This document shows positions 38,816 to 50,687 of a DNA stretch of 64,000 nt, one piece after another (the first letter of the stretch is position 1; the number at the start of each line of letters is the position of its first letter). Location of the stretch: positions 78,966 through 142,965 of the forward strand of contig JAPDFW010000131.1 in the NCBI GenBank assembly GCA_028826165.1, written 5' to 3'. The notes beneath the pieces are model-generated. The model saw only the letters and a program-made list of their open reading frames with translations, searched no databases and was not told the origin of the DNA. The position numbers and the translations under genes were made by a program. The DNA comes from Anaeramoeba ignava BMAN (taxonomy: Eukaryota; Protista; Anaeramoebae).

Positions 38816-39562
38816 TCGTTTTACAATTAGAATCGAAATAAGATGAAAATGAAATTCCAGAAAAATCGATTTATCAAAAAAATCTATCCCAATTCAAAAT
38901 GATAAAATTATATAATAGTGAGAGTAATCAATCCTTTTTTTTCTGTTTTTCCAATGTATCTATCATTATTTCTCTTTTCCATTTTTTTTTCTAATCAAAT
39001 AATTATGGGAAAATCATCTCATCTTACTTTTACCTAAAATATTCAATTCAATTCAATTCAATTTAATTTAATTCAATTTAATTCAATTCAATTTAATTTT
39101 GAATCGATTTTAATTGATAAATACGTTTTCCGTTTGTGCAGAACTTATTTCTTTATGATTTTCTCTAGAAATTGAAAAGTCAACAAAAAAATGCAATTAA
39201 TTGATTTCGAGTTAACATAAGAAGAAAAAAAACAAAAGAACTTAGAAGCTTTTTCTTCATTTATTATTATTATTGCTCAGTTATGATCCCAATATTTGAT
39301 TCTTCTTCTCCTTTAAATTAATAAAGAAAAAAAGTGGAAAAAGAAAATTGTTGAAGATGAATTTTATTAATTGATTCCATGAATTGAAAAAAAAAAAAGA
39401 AAAATGAATTTTAAAAAAAAGGGATGAAGAATTATTGATCGAGAATATTTTGAATTTCAATCAAAAAAAATCGATTAAAAACCAAGAAAATTCATTAAAA
39501 TAATTAAAGAAATTGATTGTGTTCTAAGGGATTTCCCTTTTTAATCCTCATCTGAATCTGTT

Positions 39563-41791
39563 TCAGAATTTGAATTTGATCTTGATTTGAAATCTGAATC
39601 TGAATTTGAATCTGAATCTGAATCTGAATCTGAATTTGAATTTGAATTTGATTCTGAATCTGAATCTGAATCTGAATTTGAATCTGAATTTGATTTTGAA
39701 TCTGATTCTGAATTTGAATTTGATTTTAATTTTGGTTTTGGTTTTGAATCTGAATCTGAATTTGAATCTGATCTTGATTTTAATTTTGATTCTGATTTTG
39801 ATTTTGATTTTGATTTTGGTTTTGATTTTGATTTTGATTTTGATTTTGATTTTGATTTTGATTTTGATTTTGATTTTTGATTTTGGTTTTAATTTTAGCT
39901 TTCTTTTTTTTCCTTTTTCTGAATGTGAATTTGAATTCAAAATATTTAAATTGTAATCATCATTTCTTTTTGGGATTCTTTTTGATTTTCTTTGTAGAAT
40001 TTTTTTTGATTTTAAAATTGAATTAGTTTTCGAAATGGAACTAAAATCAATATTAGACTCAATACCAACATTTGTTTCCTTTTTCTTTTTTTCTTTTTCT
40101 TTTTCTTTTTCTTTTTCATTTTCATTTTCTTTTTCATTTTGTTTTTGTTTTTGTTTTTGTTTTTCATTTTGTTTTTCATTTTGTTTTTCATTTTGTTTTT
40201 CATTTTGTTTTTGTTTTTGTTTTTGTTTTTGGTTTGATATTGTTTTGCTTCTTGTTTTTCTTGTGAGTTTTTCTTTTTCTTTTTCTTTTTCTTTTTCATT
40301 TTCATTTTGGTTTTGATTTTCTTTTTCTTTTTCTTTTTCTTTTTCATTTTCATTTTGGTTTTGATTTTCATTTTCTTTTGCAAATTGTTGTTTGGATATT
40401 TGGGAATTCATGTAATCTGAATCTGAATCTGAATCTGAATCTGAAAGAAACTCAAAATCTTCATCAAATTCAAAATCTTCATCAATTTCAAAATCAGGAT
40501 CTAAATATGGATGATTGAGAAAAAGTGAATTTGAATTTGAATTTGAATTTGAATTTGAATTTGAATTTGAATTTGAATTTTCAGAACTGAAATCAAAATT
40601 TCCATCTCTCGATATTGTGGTAGACCATCTTGTTTGCCAATACTTTTCTTCTTGTGCTAGATGCGCAGAGAATGACTCCAAATTTGTTCTTGATGTGGGG
40701 AAAATATCATTTAATCTCCTGTTATAACGCTCGACACATCCATTGGTTCTTTTTATTTCCTTAGGCAGTTCACTATAGTTCCACATCTGTGATCTGAGAT
40801 CAGACATAAAAGTTGTACGGAAATATCTAAACACTCTTTCCTGATTCGGAAATTTTTTTTTGAGCTTTTTTACTTTATCTAAGATATTTTCTTGAGGCAC
40901 AAATGGTAGTTTTTGTAACTTTCTTTTTAATTTTTTATGTATAGGTTCATTCAATCCTAGTTCTTGAAATTTTCTATTTAAACATTGACAATAATGAAAA
41001 TAACACCCAATGATTTTTGAGTTAGGAAAAATCCGATCCAGTGACTTTTTCAAATTCAATTCAAAATCAATCGTTATATAATCTGGATTAAGATCTGGAA
41101 TTAGACCGAGAAGCTGAGCAAAGAAAATTAAGTAGTTTTGGTATGATTTAGTTTCAGTTAAACCATATAAGACAGGATAAAATAAATTGAGTTTGGGTAA
41201 TTTGGCCATAACGACTATCATTTGTTTAAATCCTTTTGGAGCCACTTTAAAAGTGCCGTCTATGAAAATTTGTTCAGCCAAGCTTAAATTATAAATCATA
41301 GAACTACTAGCCCATATATAAATATTAAATGGTGACATTTGCTCCACTCTGAGAAAATCTGTCTTGGAAAGAGTTTGGTGATTTGAAATTCTGGAAATCT
41401 TCTTCTTCTTTTTTTTTCCAGATGGCAATCTGATGTTCTTTACATAGTTCTTAACTTCTTGATGAGATGGAGTAATATAAGCTTTTTCTAAATCTGAATC
41501 AATTCTTACACACATTTCTCTATATACTCTATCAGGAGTGAAAATATTATCCAGCGCTAATTCCTCCACTAAATTCCACAAATCTGCAACTTCTCTGGAT
41601 TGACTTATCCTTTGGCAAGTTGGTTTATGCTGTCCATTTGTAGTGCATTGGAGATTGGGATTATAGAACAATTTGGCAGTCATTCCACACCTTTTTCTAC
41701 ATCTATACCAACCAGTTGTATTAGTAGAGTTGTGTCTATTCTTGGAAAATGGGTATCCGTCAATTGTAATTTGAGGTTTGAATTTCTTCAT
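39563..41791 (-). CDS. MULE (Mutator) DDE transposase with N-terminal FLYWCH/WRKY-like zinc finger and low-complexity tail
   Basis: 'IDGYPF...WYRCRKRC...GQH' zinc finger, catalytic 'FIDGTFK', 'TIDFE', CxxH 'GCYFHYCQ' and 'RTNGCVERYNRRLN'. The tail is probably frameshifted near 39878; the alternative frame ends ...SETDSDED* at 39541. Confidence 0.92.
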   Translation of the reverse strand: MKKFKPQITIDGYPFSKNRHNSTNTTGWYRCRKRCGMTAKLFYNPNLQCTTNGQHKPTCQRISQSREVADLWNLVEELALDNIFTPDRVYREMCVRIDSDLEKAYITPSHQEVKNYVKNIRLPSGKKKKKKISRISNHQTLSKTDFLRVEQMSPFNIYIWASSSMIYNLSLAEQIFIDGTFKVAPKGFKQMIVVMAKLPKLNLFYPVLYGLTETKSYQNYLIFFAQLLGLIPDLNPDYITIDFELNLKKSLDRIFPNSKIIGCYFHYCQCLNRKFQELGLNEPIHKKLKRKLQKLPFVPQENILDKVKKLKKKFPNQERVFRYFRTTFMSDLRSQMWNYSELPKEIKRTNGCVERYNRRLNDIFPTSRTNLESFSAHLAQEEKYWQTRWSTTISRDGNFDFSSENSNSNSNSNSNSNSNSNSLFLNHPYLDPDFEIDEDFEFDEDFEFLSDSDSDSDSDYMNSQISKQQFAKENENQNQNENEKEKEKEKENQNQNENEKEKEKEKEKLTRKTRSKTISNQKQKQKQKQNEKQNEKQNEKQNEKQKQKQKQNEKENENEKEKEKEKEKKKKETNVGIESNIDFSSISKTNSILKSKKILQRKSKRIPKRNDDYNLNILNSNSHSEKGKKRKLKLKPKSKIKIKIKIKIKIKIKIKIKTKIKIKIKIRIKIKIKIRFKFRFRFKTKTKIKIKFKFRIRFKIKFRFKFRFRFRFRIKFKFKFRFRFRFRFKFRFRFQIKIKFKF

Positions 41792-42929
41792 AAAAAATTT
41801 TTTTTTAAATCAAAAATCAAAAATGAAAAATAAAATCAAAAATAAAAAATGAAAAATGAAATTGTTAGAATTGCTTTTTCAGTTTGATTTGAGAGATATT
41901 TTAGTTCATTTTTATTGCAAAATTTGTTTTGTTTGTTTTTTTTTTAATTTTATCATCATTAACGAAAAAAGGAAAAATTCAAACCGTTAAATTTCAAATC
42001 TTAGTTATTCGAATACTTTAAATAATAAATAATTGAGAATATAATTGAATATCATTTTTAAATTTTGAATTGATGAATTTTCTTTATTTAGAATTATAAT
42101 TTAATAATTCTAATAATGATATTCGAATAATAAAATATTTTAAATTTGAGAGATTCCAAAACCAAATTGATTAATTTTTTATTAAATTTTTATTCAAGAA
42201 ATAACAATAATAAATCAATAATTTTGTTTTAAATTATCCTTTCAATGATTTCTTCCTTTAATAATAAATTTAATTAAAATCAAATTTTGTTAAATTGTGG
42301 ATTGAAAAGAACATAAATTGGATTTTTTTATTATTTAGTTTTAATTAACATAGAACAACTATAAATCAATTTTTAATCAGAGATTCAAGTATTTTCCAAT
42401 ATTTCTTGTTGAATTCAGAACAAAAAAAAACAAAATATTGATTTTTTCTAATCCATTTTTTCTCAATTTTTTCCCAATTTTTTTGCTAACTAAAAATAGT
42501 TTATCAAATTTATATCTTCAATTACTTATAAAAATAATAATTCTAATCAATATATTCTTTCTTAAATATACTTTTAATTATAATTTATAATATTATTTGT
42601 AATTAAAAAATTATTAATCATTGTTTTATTTGAAAATCCAAATTTTTTTATTTTTTCAAATTTTATTAAAGTTATATAGTTATTGAAATATCTTTTGAAT
42701 AGATATTCATTTAAAAAATCTTTTCTAAATTACAAGTTAAACCATTTACTAAATTTTTACAAAAAAAAACATTTTTTCATTTTTTCATTTTTTCATTTTT
42801 TTCTTTATTTAATTTATTTTTCCTTTTCATTTTTATTTATGTTCTTTTGTTTTCAGTGCTTTTTTTTTTGTGCATATTCTTTGATTTACTTATTTCGTTT
42901 TATTTAGAATTTGTATAAACATTTTCTTT

Positions 42930-43745
42930 AATTAATAATTTAATAAATAAATTAATTAATAATTTAATAAATAATTTAATTAATAATTTAATTAATAATT
43001 TAATAAATAATTTAATAAATAATTTAATAAATAATTTAATAAATAATTTAATAAATAATTTAATAAATAATTTAATAAATAATTTAATAAATAATTTAAT
43101 AAATAATTTAATAAATAATTTAATAAATAATTTAATAAATAATTTAATAAATAATTTAATTAATAAATTTAATAAATAATTTAATAAATAATTTAATTTA
43201 ATAAATTAATAAATAATTTAATTAATAATTTAATAAATAATTTAATAAATAATTTAATAAATAATTTAATAAATAATTTAATAAATAAATTAATAAATAA
43301 TTTAATTAATAATTTAATTAATAATTTAATAAATAATTTAATAAATAATTTAATAAATAATTTAATAAATAATTTAATTAATAATTTAATAAATAATTTA
43401 ATAATTTAATAAATAATTTAATAAATAATAATTTAATAAATAATTTAATAAATAATTTAATAAATAATTTAATAAATAATTTAATAAATAATTTAATAAA
43501 TAATTTAATTAAATAATTTAATTAATTTAATAAATAATTTAATAAATAATTTATTAATAATAATTTAATAAATAATTTAATTAATAATTTAATAAATAAT
43601 TTAATTAATAATTTAATTAATAATTTAATAAATAATTTAATAAATAATTTAATTAATAATTTAATAAATAATTTAATAAATAATTTAATTAATAATTTAA
43701 TAATAATTTAATAAATAATTTAATTAATAATTTAATTAATAATTT
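42930..43745. repeat. 12-bp minisatellite (AATTTAATAAAT) inside the MULE
   Basis: About 65 tandem units. Confidence 0.9.
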
Positions 43746-46709
43746 AAAAAATTGATTCTAAATGTTATTTTCAATAATTTCAAGATTGAATTCTTATATC
43801 ATTATCCAAAAAAAGCTTGAAAAAGAAAACAAGAATTAAAATGTAAATTATGAATTCGTAAAGAATAATCAGGATGAAAAAGGAAAAAGAAAACTGTAAA
43901 TATATTGGATCAGAAAACAAAAATCTTAATTAAAAACAAACTGAAAAATAAAAAGAACATCATATATAATACTAATGAATTTAAATCAAAAATTCAAAAA
44001 ACAAAATGGAAATTATTCAAATCAAATTGGAAAAAGAAAAAGAATTAAAATGAAACATTTTTTGAAGATAAATTTTTTCTGTTGAAAATATACTAAAACA
44101 ATATTAAAATTATTGGGTTTTGTTTTAAAGAAGTTTTGATAAGAAATTTCATCTATTCTTTATTTTATTCATCAATTTATTATCAAAATCAAATGTGGTT
44201 AAATTTGTTGGATAGAAAAAAAAACAATTTTTAAATTGAACCTTTTTTCTTTATATTTATGGAATAAATCAATGAAATCATCAATAAAGAATAAGAATTA
44301 CATAAATTTATTTAAAAATGGATTTTCAAATAAATTTAATATAATTAATTAATTATTATTTGATTATAAATAAAACAAATTATCTTCAAATTTTTTCCTT
44401 TTTTTAATAATTTGAAATAAGAAAATGTAAAAAAAAATTATTTTAAAAAGATAAGAATTGGTTTATATTTTGATTGAAATGATTGTATTTGTGAATATTT
44501 ATTAACTTAAGATTTAATGAAAATGATTTTAATTTTTTTATTTCCAAATATAAATAAATTTTAATTTAAATAAATCAAAAAGAAAAGGAACTAATTTTTT
44601 GGAAGAATTTTCAATAATTTCAAATAATATTATATTTAGAAATATTAATCAAAACATTGATTTATAAAAGAATATTTGTTTGATTCTTTGTTTTATAATT
44701 GAAATTAAATTAAAAAATGAAAAAAAATAATTTGCAATTTTCGTTCCAATTTTCATTTTGATTTTTATTAAAATTATAAAAAGAATTTGGAAATAAAATC
44801 ATTTATAAAATAACAATAATTTAAAAGGAAATAAAGAGTTAAAAAACTTTCCAAAATTAATTAAATATTTTATATAAAAAAAACTTAAAAGAAAAAATAA
44901 TTCAATAACTTTTTTGATTTTAAATTATTTATTTAAATTTTCCTTTTTAAAAAAAAAATTTCAATTTTCTTAAAATTATCTGAATATAATTTTTAATGCA
45001 AAATACTTATTCAATTTAATTCAAAAATATGGATATTTGGTTTATTATAATAAAAATAATTAATATTAATTTTATTGTTTATCCTGGATAATAAATATTT
45101 GATAATATAATTAAATTGATTCTTTAAATTATAAATTGTTAATGTTTATTTATTTAGATTTTAGTTTTAATGATTTCAATTTTAATATTTAAATTATCAA
45201 TAATATTCATTTTCAATAAATATTAAATTAATTTGATTACTTTATTTCCATTATTTTAAATAATTTTAAATTATAATATATTTATAAATTTTAATTAAAA
45301 TACTCTCTTAAAAAATAATATTTGTTTAATTTATTAATTTTAAATTAAAAATTATTTTAAAAACATTTAAATTAATTTTTCATTTTCATTTTATTTTTGA
45401 TTCTTAATTTAAATTATAAACAAAATTTGAAATTCAAATAATTTATAAAATAATAAGAATTCATAATAAAATGAGAAATTGAAAAAGTTTAGAAAATTAA
45501 ATTAAAAAATTTTTTAAAAGAAACAAGAAAAAAAATGAAATTTTCTTTTTCCAATCAAAAAAAAATATAAATTAATTTTTTACAATTATTAATAAATAAA
45601 AAGTTGAGAACTGATTTTGGAATTTGAGATATTTTTATTTATTTGCAATTGTTTCAAACCAAGAAATTGTAAAAAAAAGCATTTTAGAAAACGAGAAAAA
45701 AACCAAAAAAAAAAGAAAAATAAAGAAAAAATAAATTATTCCTTTAATATTTTATTTATAAGAAAATTGATTATGAATTCAAAAATATCTCTTAGATCTT
45801 TTTTTATTCATTAATTAGATATAAATGATTAAAAAAAAAGTGATAGGTTTATTTCACTAAAATTCCACAAAATTAAGAAAAAAAAATAATTCAGTTTTCT
45901 TCAAATTCAAATTGAGTTAAGTTTCTCTCAATTCTAAACTTTAAATATAAATTTAAAGAATTCATAGACAATAAATCTAATCTTGAATTAAGTTTAAAAC
46001 CTTTTTAAAATCTGAATAATTCTCAGAGAGTGAAAGAAAATCTAATTTGAAAAAAATCAAATTGAAAACTGGAGATTCAAAATTATTTTTATTTTTGAAT
46101 TAAGATCATTAAATAAAAGAAATTTATTAATTAAATAATCATTCAAATGTATTGAAAAAAATCGTTATTTTGATTATCAAAAAATTTGGGCAATTTCAGA
46201 CTTTAGGAAATTTCAGATAAATTGAGATTGACCTCATATTTTTCATTTAAATCATTAAATTTAAGAAAATTATAATTATTTAAAAATAACCCTTTTTACC
46301 AAATTCATTAATCTGTGATAAAATATTTTTTCATAAAAACAAAAGGAAAATTTAATTGAAAATTTGTGATATCAAAAAAAATCAATTTTGATTTTAAATA
46401 AAATAAATAATTTATTTGAAATAAAACATCTCAATTTTGATTTAATCCAAAAAAGATTCCTCTTGACCTATTCATTTTTACTTATTGTGGATATTTGAAA
46501 AAAAAGTTGGCTATTTTTTATTATTATTCTGGATTTATAAAAAAAGTAAAATTAAAAATTGTGCAGTAAAATGTTTTTAAATTAAAAAATAAAGAAGATT
46601 TTGAAATTGAATAAAAAGTTAAACATATTGAAAAAAATTGATATTTTATTTAAGATGAAAAATAGACAATAGTAGGCAGTAGATCAAAATAGGCAAAATT
46701 CCTATTTCC

Positions 46710-47308
46710 TAGAATATTTAAATGAAAGAGATTCATATCAAAATATTGAAAAAATCCAAATTGAAGAAAATATTCAAAAAATAACTTTTGGTTATCAAGA
46801 TAATGAAGCTATTTTAACAATAGAAGGAAATGTATTTGCCAAAGGAATAGATATTAATCCAAATAATCCAAAAGAATTTATCAATATTTCATCATTAATT
46901 GAAGATACAAATGATAGAATAATTGAAAATATTGTTTCTGGAGCTAATTCAATTTACTTATTAACTTCAAATCAAAATGCTTATGGAATTGGTTCAAACT
47001 CTTATGGTCAACTTGGTTTTGATTATCAAATCCTTCCAAAAACAGAAAAACCAATTTTAATGATGAAAAATGTTTCTAAAATATTTTCAGGAAACAATTC
47101 AAAACATGTTTTTCTTTTAAATTCAAATCAAGAATTATTTGGATGTGGTAATAACGAATATACTCAACTTGGATTAGGAGAATCAAGAAAAGAAAGAAAA
47201 ATCCAAAAATTAACCAAAATCCAAAATATTCCAAAAGGCAAAATAATTGATATTCAAACTAGTTATTATCATTCAATAATGTTGATTGAAAATCAAATTC
47301 AAAATTAA
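46710..47308 (+). pseudogene. RCC1-BTB family gene fragment, 3' of the transposon insertion, truncated mid-propeller
   Basis: Continues EYLNERDSYQNIEKIQIEENIQK...HSIMLIEN and then stops (QIQN*). Confidence 0.9.
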
Positions 47309-47359
47309 AATTAAAAATAAAATTCCAAATTCATTTTTTTCATTTTTTTTCTTTTTGAA

Positions 47360-50300
47360 ATGAATTTTAAGAAAGCTCTTGAAGAAAATGATATTCAATA
47401 TTTCAAAAATATCAACAACTTTTCTGAAATTGATTTGATAGAGGGAAACCGAATTAACTTCTTTTTTGAAACAATGAAAGAAATAACTTATGAAACAATA
47501 GACATTTTGATTAAAAAAGGAATAAATATCAATTTAATTGATTATTCAGGAAGAAATCTTTTACATACTGCAATAATAAAAAATTCAGAAATGGAAACAA
47601 TTATTTTGTTGGTTGAAAATGGGATTTTGATTAATGAAAAAGATAATGAGGGAATAACACCATTGCATTATTTATTAAGTAATTGGAAAAGAGAGAAAAA
47701 AATGGAATTAATAAACCTTTTTGTTGAAAAGGGTGCTGATATTAATGAAGAAAGTAATAATAATGAAACTGTTTTGCATTACGCTTGCAAACATGGAAAT
47801 AATTCACTTGAAATTGTTAAATATTTTGTTGAAAATGGTGTTGATGTTAATTCCAAAAATAATAGAAATGAAACTGCTTTGCATTTTATTTGTAAAAACA
47901 ATTCACTTGAAATTGTTAAATATTTTGTTGAAAGTGGTGCTGATATTAACTTCAAAAATAATAGAAATGAAACTGCTTTGCATTTTGCTTGTAAAAATAG
48001 TTCACTTGAAATTATTGATTATTTGATTGGAAAAGGAAGTGATCTTAATGCGAAAACAACTGACAATGAAAATGTTTTGCATTTTGCTTCTCAAAACAAG
48101 TCAGTTGCAGTTGTTAAATATTTTGTTGAGAAGAGTGTTGATATTAAAGCAAAAACGAATCAAAACGAAACAGTTCTACATTACGCTTGCAAAAACCCAA
48201 ATGTTACACTTGAAATGATTGAATATTTGATTTCACACGAACTCGATATTAATGCCAAAAACAGAAGAGATGAAACGCCGCTTTGCTTATATTTTTCGGC
48301 AAATAATTCACTTGAAAGCATCAAATTTCTTGTTAAAAATGGTGCTGATATTCATACAAAAGGTTTTTGTGACGAAACACTCCTTCATATTGCTTGCCGG
48401 AAAGAAAAGACAAAGGAGTCCTTAGAAATGGTGAAATATTTGATTGAAAGTGGGATTAATGTGAATGCAGCAAATCGTGATGATGAAACTGCTTTGCATA
48501 TTGCTTGTCAACAAAAAAATTCATTTGAAACTATCAAATTATTAGTTGAAAATGGTGCAGATATCAATGCGAAATCATTTGTGTTCACTCTTTGTGGTAT
48601 TGAGCAAGAAACAGCTTTGCATCTTGCTTTTTCAAGTCAATCATTTGAAGTAGTGAAATATTTGATTGAAAAAGGAGCGAACATTAATGAAACAACGCAT
48701 ATGAATGAATCAATTTTGCACCAAGCTTTCTATAGAGATTTACCTTTTGAGAATATTGAGTATTTGATTGAGAATGGAGCTGATATTAATAAGAAGATAT
48801 ATACTGGTGGCAACATATTGCATCATTTGTGTTTCAGAAGCAATACAAACATAAAAATATTTGATTATTTGATTTCAAAAGGAGCTGATATTAATGCTAA
48901 AACAAAAAACAATGAAACAGTTTTGCATTATGCTTGCCAAAATGAAAATAATTCACTTGATTTTCTTGAGTATTTAGTTTCAAAAGGAATTGATATTAAT
49001 GCTAAAACAGATGAAAACGAAACTGTTTTGCATTATGCTTGCCAAAATAAAAATAATTCACTTGAAATAATTAAGTATTTGGTTTCAAAAGGAGCTGATA
49101 TTAATGCCAAAACAAAAAATAATGAAACAGTTTTGCATTATGCTTGTAGATATTCTACATCGGTTGATTTAATTGATTATTTGATTTCAAAAGGAGCTGA
49201 TATTAATGCTAAAACAAATGAAAATGAAACAGTTTTGCATTATGCTTGTAAAAATGAAAATAATTCACTTGATTTTCTCAAGTATTTGGTTTCAAAAGGA
49301 GCTGATATTAATGCTAAAACAGATGAGAATGAAACAGTTTTGCATTATGCTTGCCAAAATGAAAATAATTCACTTGAAATTATTGATTATTTGATTTCAA
49401 AAGGAACTGATATTAATGCCAAAACAAATGAAAATGAAACAGTTCTACATTTTGGTTGTAAATTCCATCATAAATTCAAGTTCATTAAACTTCTTGTTGA
49501 AAAAGGAGCTGATATTCATGCCAAAACAGATAAAAACGAAACTCCTTTGCATTTTGCTGTATCTGACCCACATTGGAGAGATTATGAAATGATTAACTTC
49601 TTGATTTCCAAAGGATCCGATATTAACACAAAAAATGATGAAAATAAAACACCATTTATACTATCATGTGAAATACCATCAAGAATTGATGAATTGATCT
49701 TTATAATAATGCTATTAAATGATCCAAACTTTTACGATTTGAAATATAGTCATATAAGATCAATTTTTTCGGAATTTTTCACTTCGATTTATTCCCTTAA
49801 CGAAGATTTAAATAATTTACTCAAATCAAGTGATAACTTTTCAGATTTAACAATTCAATCAAATGATTTTTCAAAATTTCATGTTCACAAATTACTTCTA
49901 TTGACAAGATTGGATAATGACTTGAAAACACTGCAAAATTTCATTAACTTTTGCCAACAAAAATCAAAATCAATTGTTCATTCTGCTCTAAATTTTCTTT
50001 ATTCAGGATTCATTGATTTTGAGTATTTATCCCAAAAATTTCGTGAAATCTCTTCAAATTCTTCAGATTTCTTTATTGAAAGTTATCCAGATAAAGAAAA
50101 AGAAAAATTAGTTTTTGAAGAAATTTCGAAGAAACAAGAAGAATTAATCCAGTTCTTTAAAGAATTTGGATTTGATTCAAAATGGATGGAATCAAAAAAA
50201 GGAAGAAAAGGTGTTATAAAAGATTTTGATAACTTATATCACCAAGAATCAACAAAAGATTTCACAATCATTTGCCAAGAAAAAGAAATTAAAATTCATA

Positions 50301-50575
50301 AATTGATTCTAATTTTAAGAAGTGAATTGTTTAAAGGAATGTTCCAATTAAATGTTCAAGATTCTTCAAATAAAGTTCATGATTATTCAGGGAAATCTTT
50401 AGAAACAATAAATCAATTAATTTATTTTTTTTATCATGATGAGTTTTATCAAATCAAAGAAATTAATGATCCAATTATTGAAGAATTGAGAGATATGAAA
50501 GATTATTTCCAATTAAATCAATCTTCAATAATCGATTACTATTTGGAATTTTTGGAATTTTTTCAAATCATTTAA
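47360..50575 (+). CDS. Ankyrin-repeat (~20 repeats) protein with two C-terminal BTB/POZ domains
   Basis: Repeated 'GADINAKT..NETVLHYAC'. BTB1 'FSDLTIQ...FHVHKLLL...LNFLYSG' and BTB2 'KDFTIIC...IKIHKLILILRSELFKGMF...IYFFYHD'. Intronless 1071 aa. Confidence 0.92.
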   Translation: MNFKKALEENDIQYFKNINNFSEIDLIEGNRINFFFETMKEITYETIDILIKKGININLIDYSGRNLLHTAIIKNSEMETIILLVENGILINEKDNEGITPLHYLLSNWKREKKMELINLFVEKGADINEESNNNETVLHYACKHGNNSLEIVKYFVENGVDVNSKNNRNETALHFICKNNSLEIVKYFVESGADINFKNNRNETALHFACKNSSLEIIDYLIGKGSDLNAKTTDNENVLHFASQNKSVAVVKYFVEKSVDIKAKTNQNETVLHYACKNPNVTLEMIEYLISHELDINAKNRRDETPLCLYFSANNSLESIKFLVKNGADIHTKGFCDETLLHIACRKEKTKESLEMVKYLIESGINVNAANRDDETALHIACQQKNSFETIKLLVENGADINAKSFVFTLCGIEQETALHLAFSSQSFEVVKYLIEKGANINETTHMNESILHQAFYRDLPFENIEYLIENGADINKKIYTGGNILHHLCFRSNTNIKIFDYLISKGADINAKTKNNETVLHYACQNENNSLDFLEYLVSKGIDINAKTDENETVLHYACQNKNNSLEIIKYLVSKGADINAKTKNNETVLHYACRYSTSVDLIDYLISKGADINAKTNENETVLHYACKNENNSLDFLKYLVSKGADINAKTDENETVLHYACQNENNSLEIIDYLISKGTDINAKTNENETVLHFGCKFHHKFKFIKLLVEKGADIHAKTDKNETPLHFAVSDPHWRDYEMINFLISKGSDINTKNDENKTPFILSCEIPSRIDELIFIIMLLNDPNFYDLKYSHIRSIFSEFFTSIYSLNEDLNNLLKSSDNFSDLTIQSNDFSKFHVHKLLLLTRLDNDLKTLQNFINFCQQKSKSIVHSALNFLYSGFIDFEYLSQKFREISSNSSDFFIESYPDKEKEKLVFEEISKKQEELIQFFKEFGFDSKWMESKKGRKGVIKDFDNLYHQESTKDFTIICQEKEIKIHKLILILRSELFKGMFQLNVQDSSNKVHDYSGKSLETINQLIYFFYHDEFYQIKEINDPIIEELRDMKDYFQLNQSSIIDYYLEFLEFFQII

Positions 50576-50687
50576 AAAAAAAGAAAAAAAAAGGAAAAAA
50601 GCAAAAAAAAAGAGGATTTTAAAAAACTTTCATTTTTTCTTTCGTAATTTTTTTTGAAACAATGAAAAGGAAAACAAAACCAAACAA

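Larger units (their letters stand above)
35702..46709 (-). mobile_element. MULE/Mutator-like DNA transposon, 11,008 bp, imperfect ~50-bp TIRs, 8-bp TSD TAGAATAT
   Basis: TSD copies at 35694-35701 and 46710-46717. A perfect 21-bp inverted core CCTATTTTGATCTACTGCCTA lies at 35719-35739 and 46673-46693, with termini GG...CC. Removing the element and one TSD restores GKAIEYLNERDSY of the RCC1-BTB family. It encodes a MULE transposase. Confidence 0.93.

Noticed and set aside
39587-40727. Short ORFs overlapping the transposase tail
   Set aside because: Shadow frames of hexamer repeats.
47721-49394. Alternative-frame ORFs inside the ankyrin gene
   Set aside because: Off-frame products of repeated codons.
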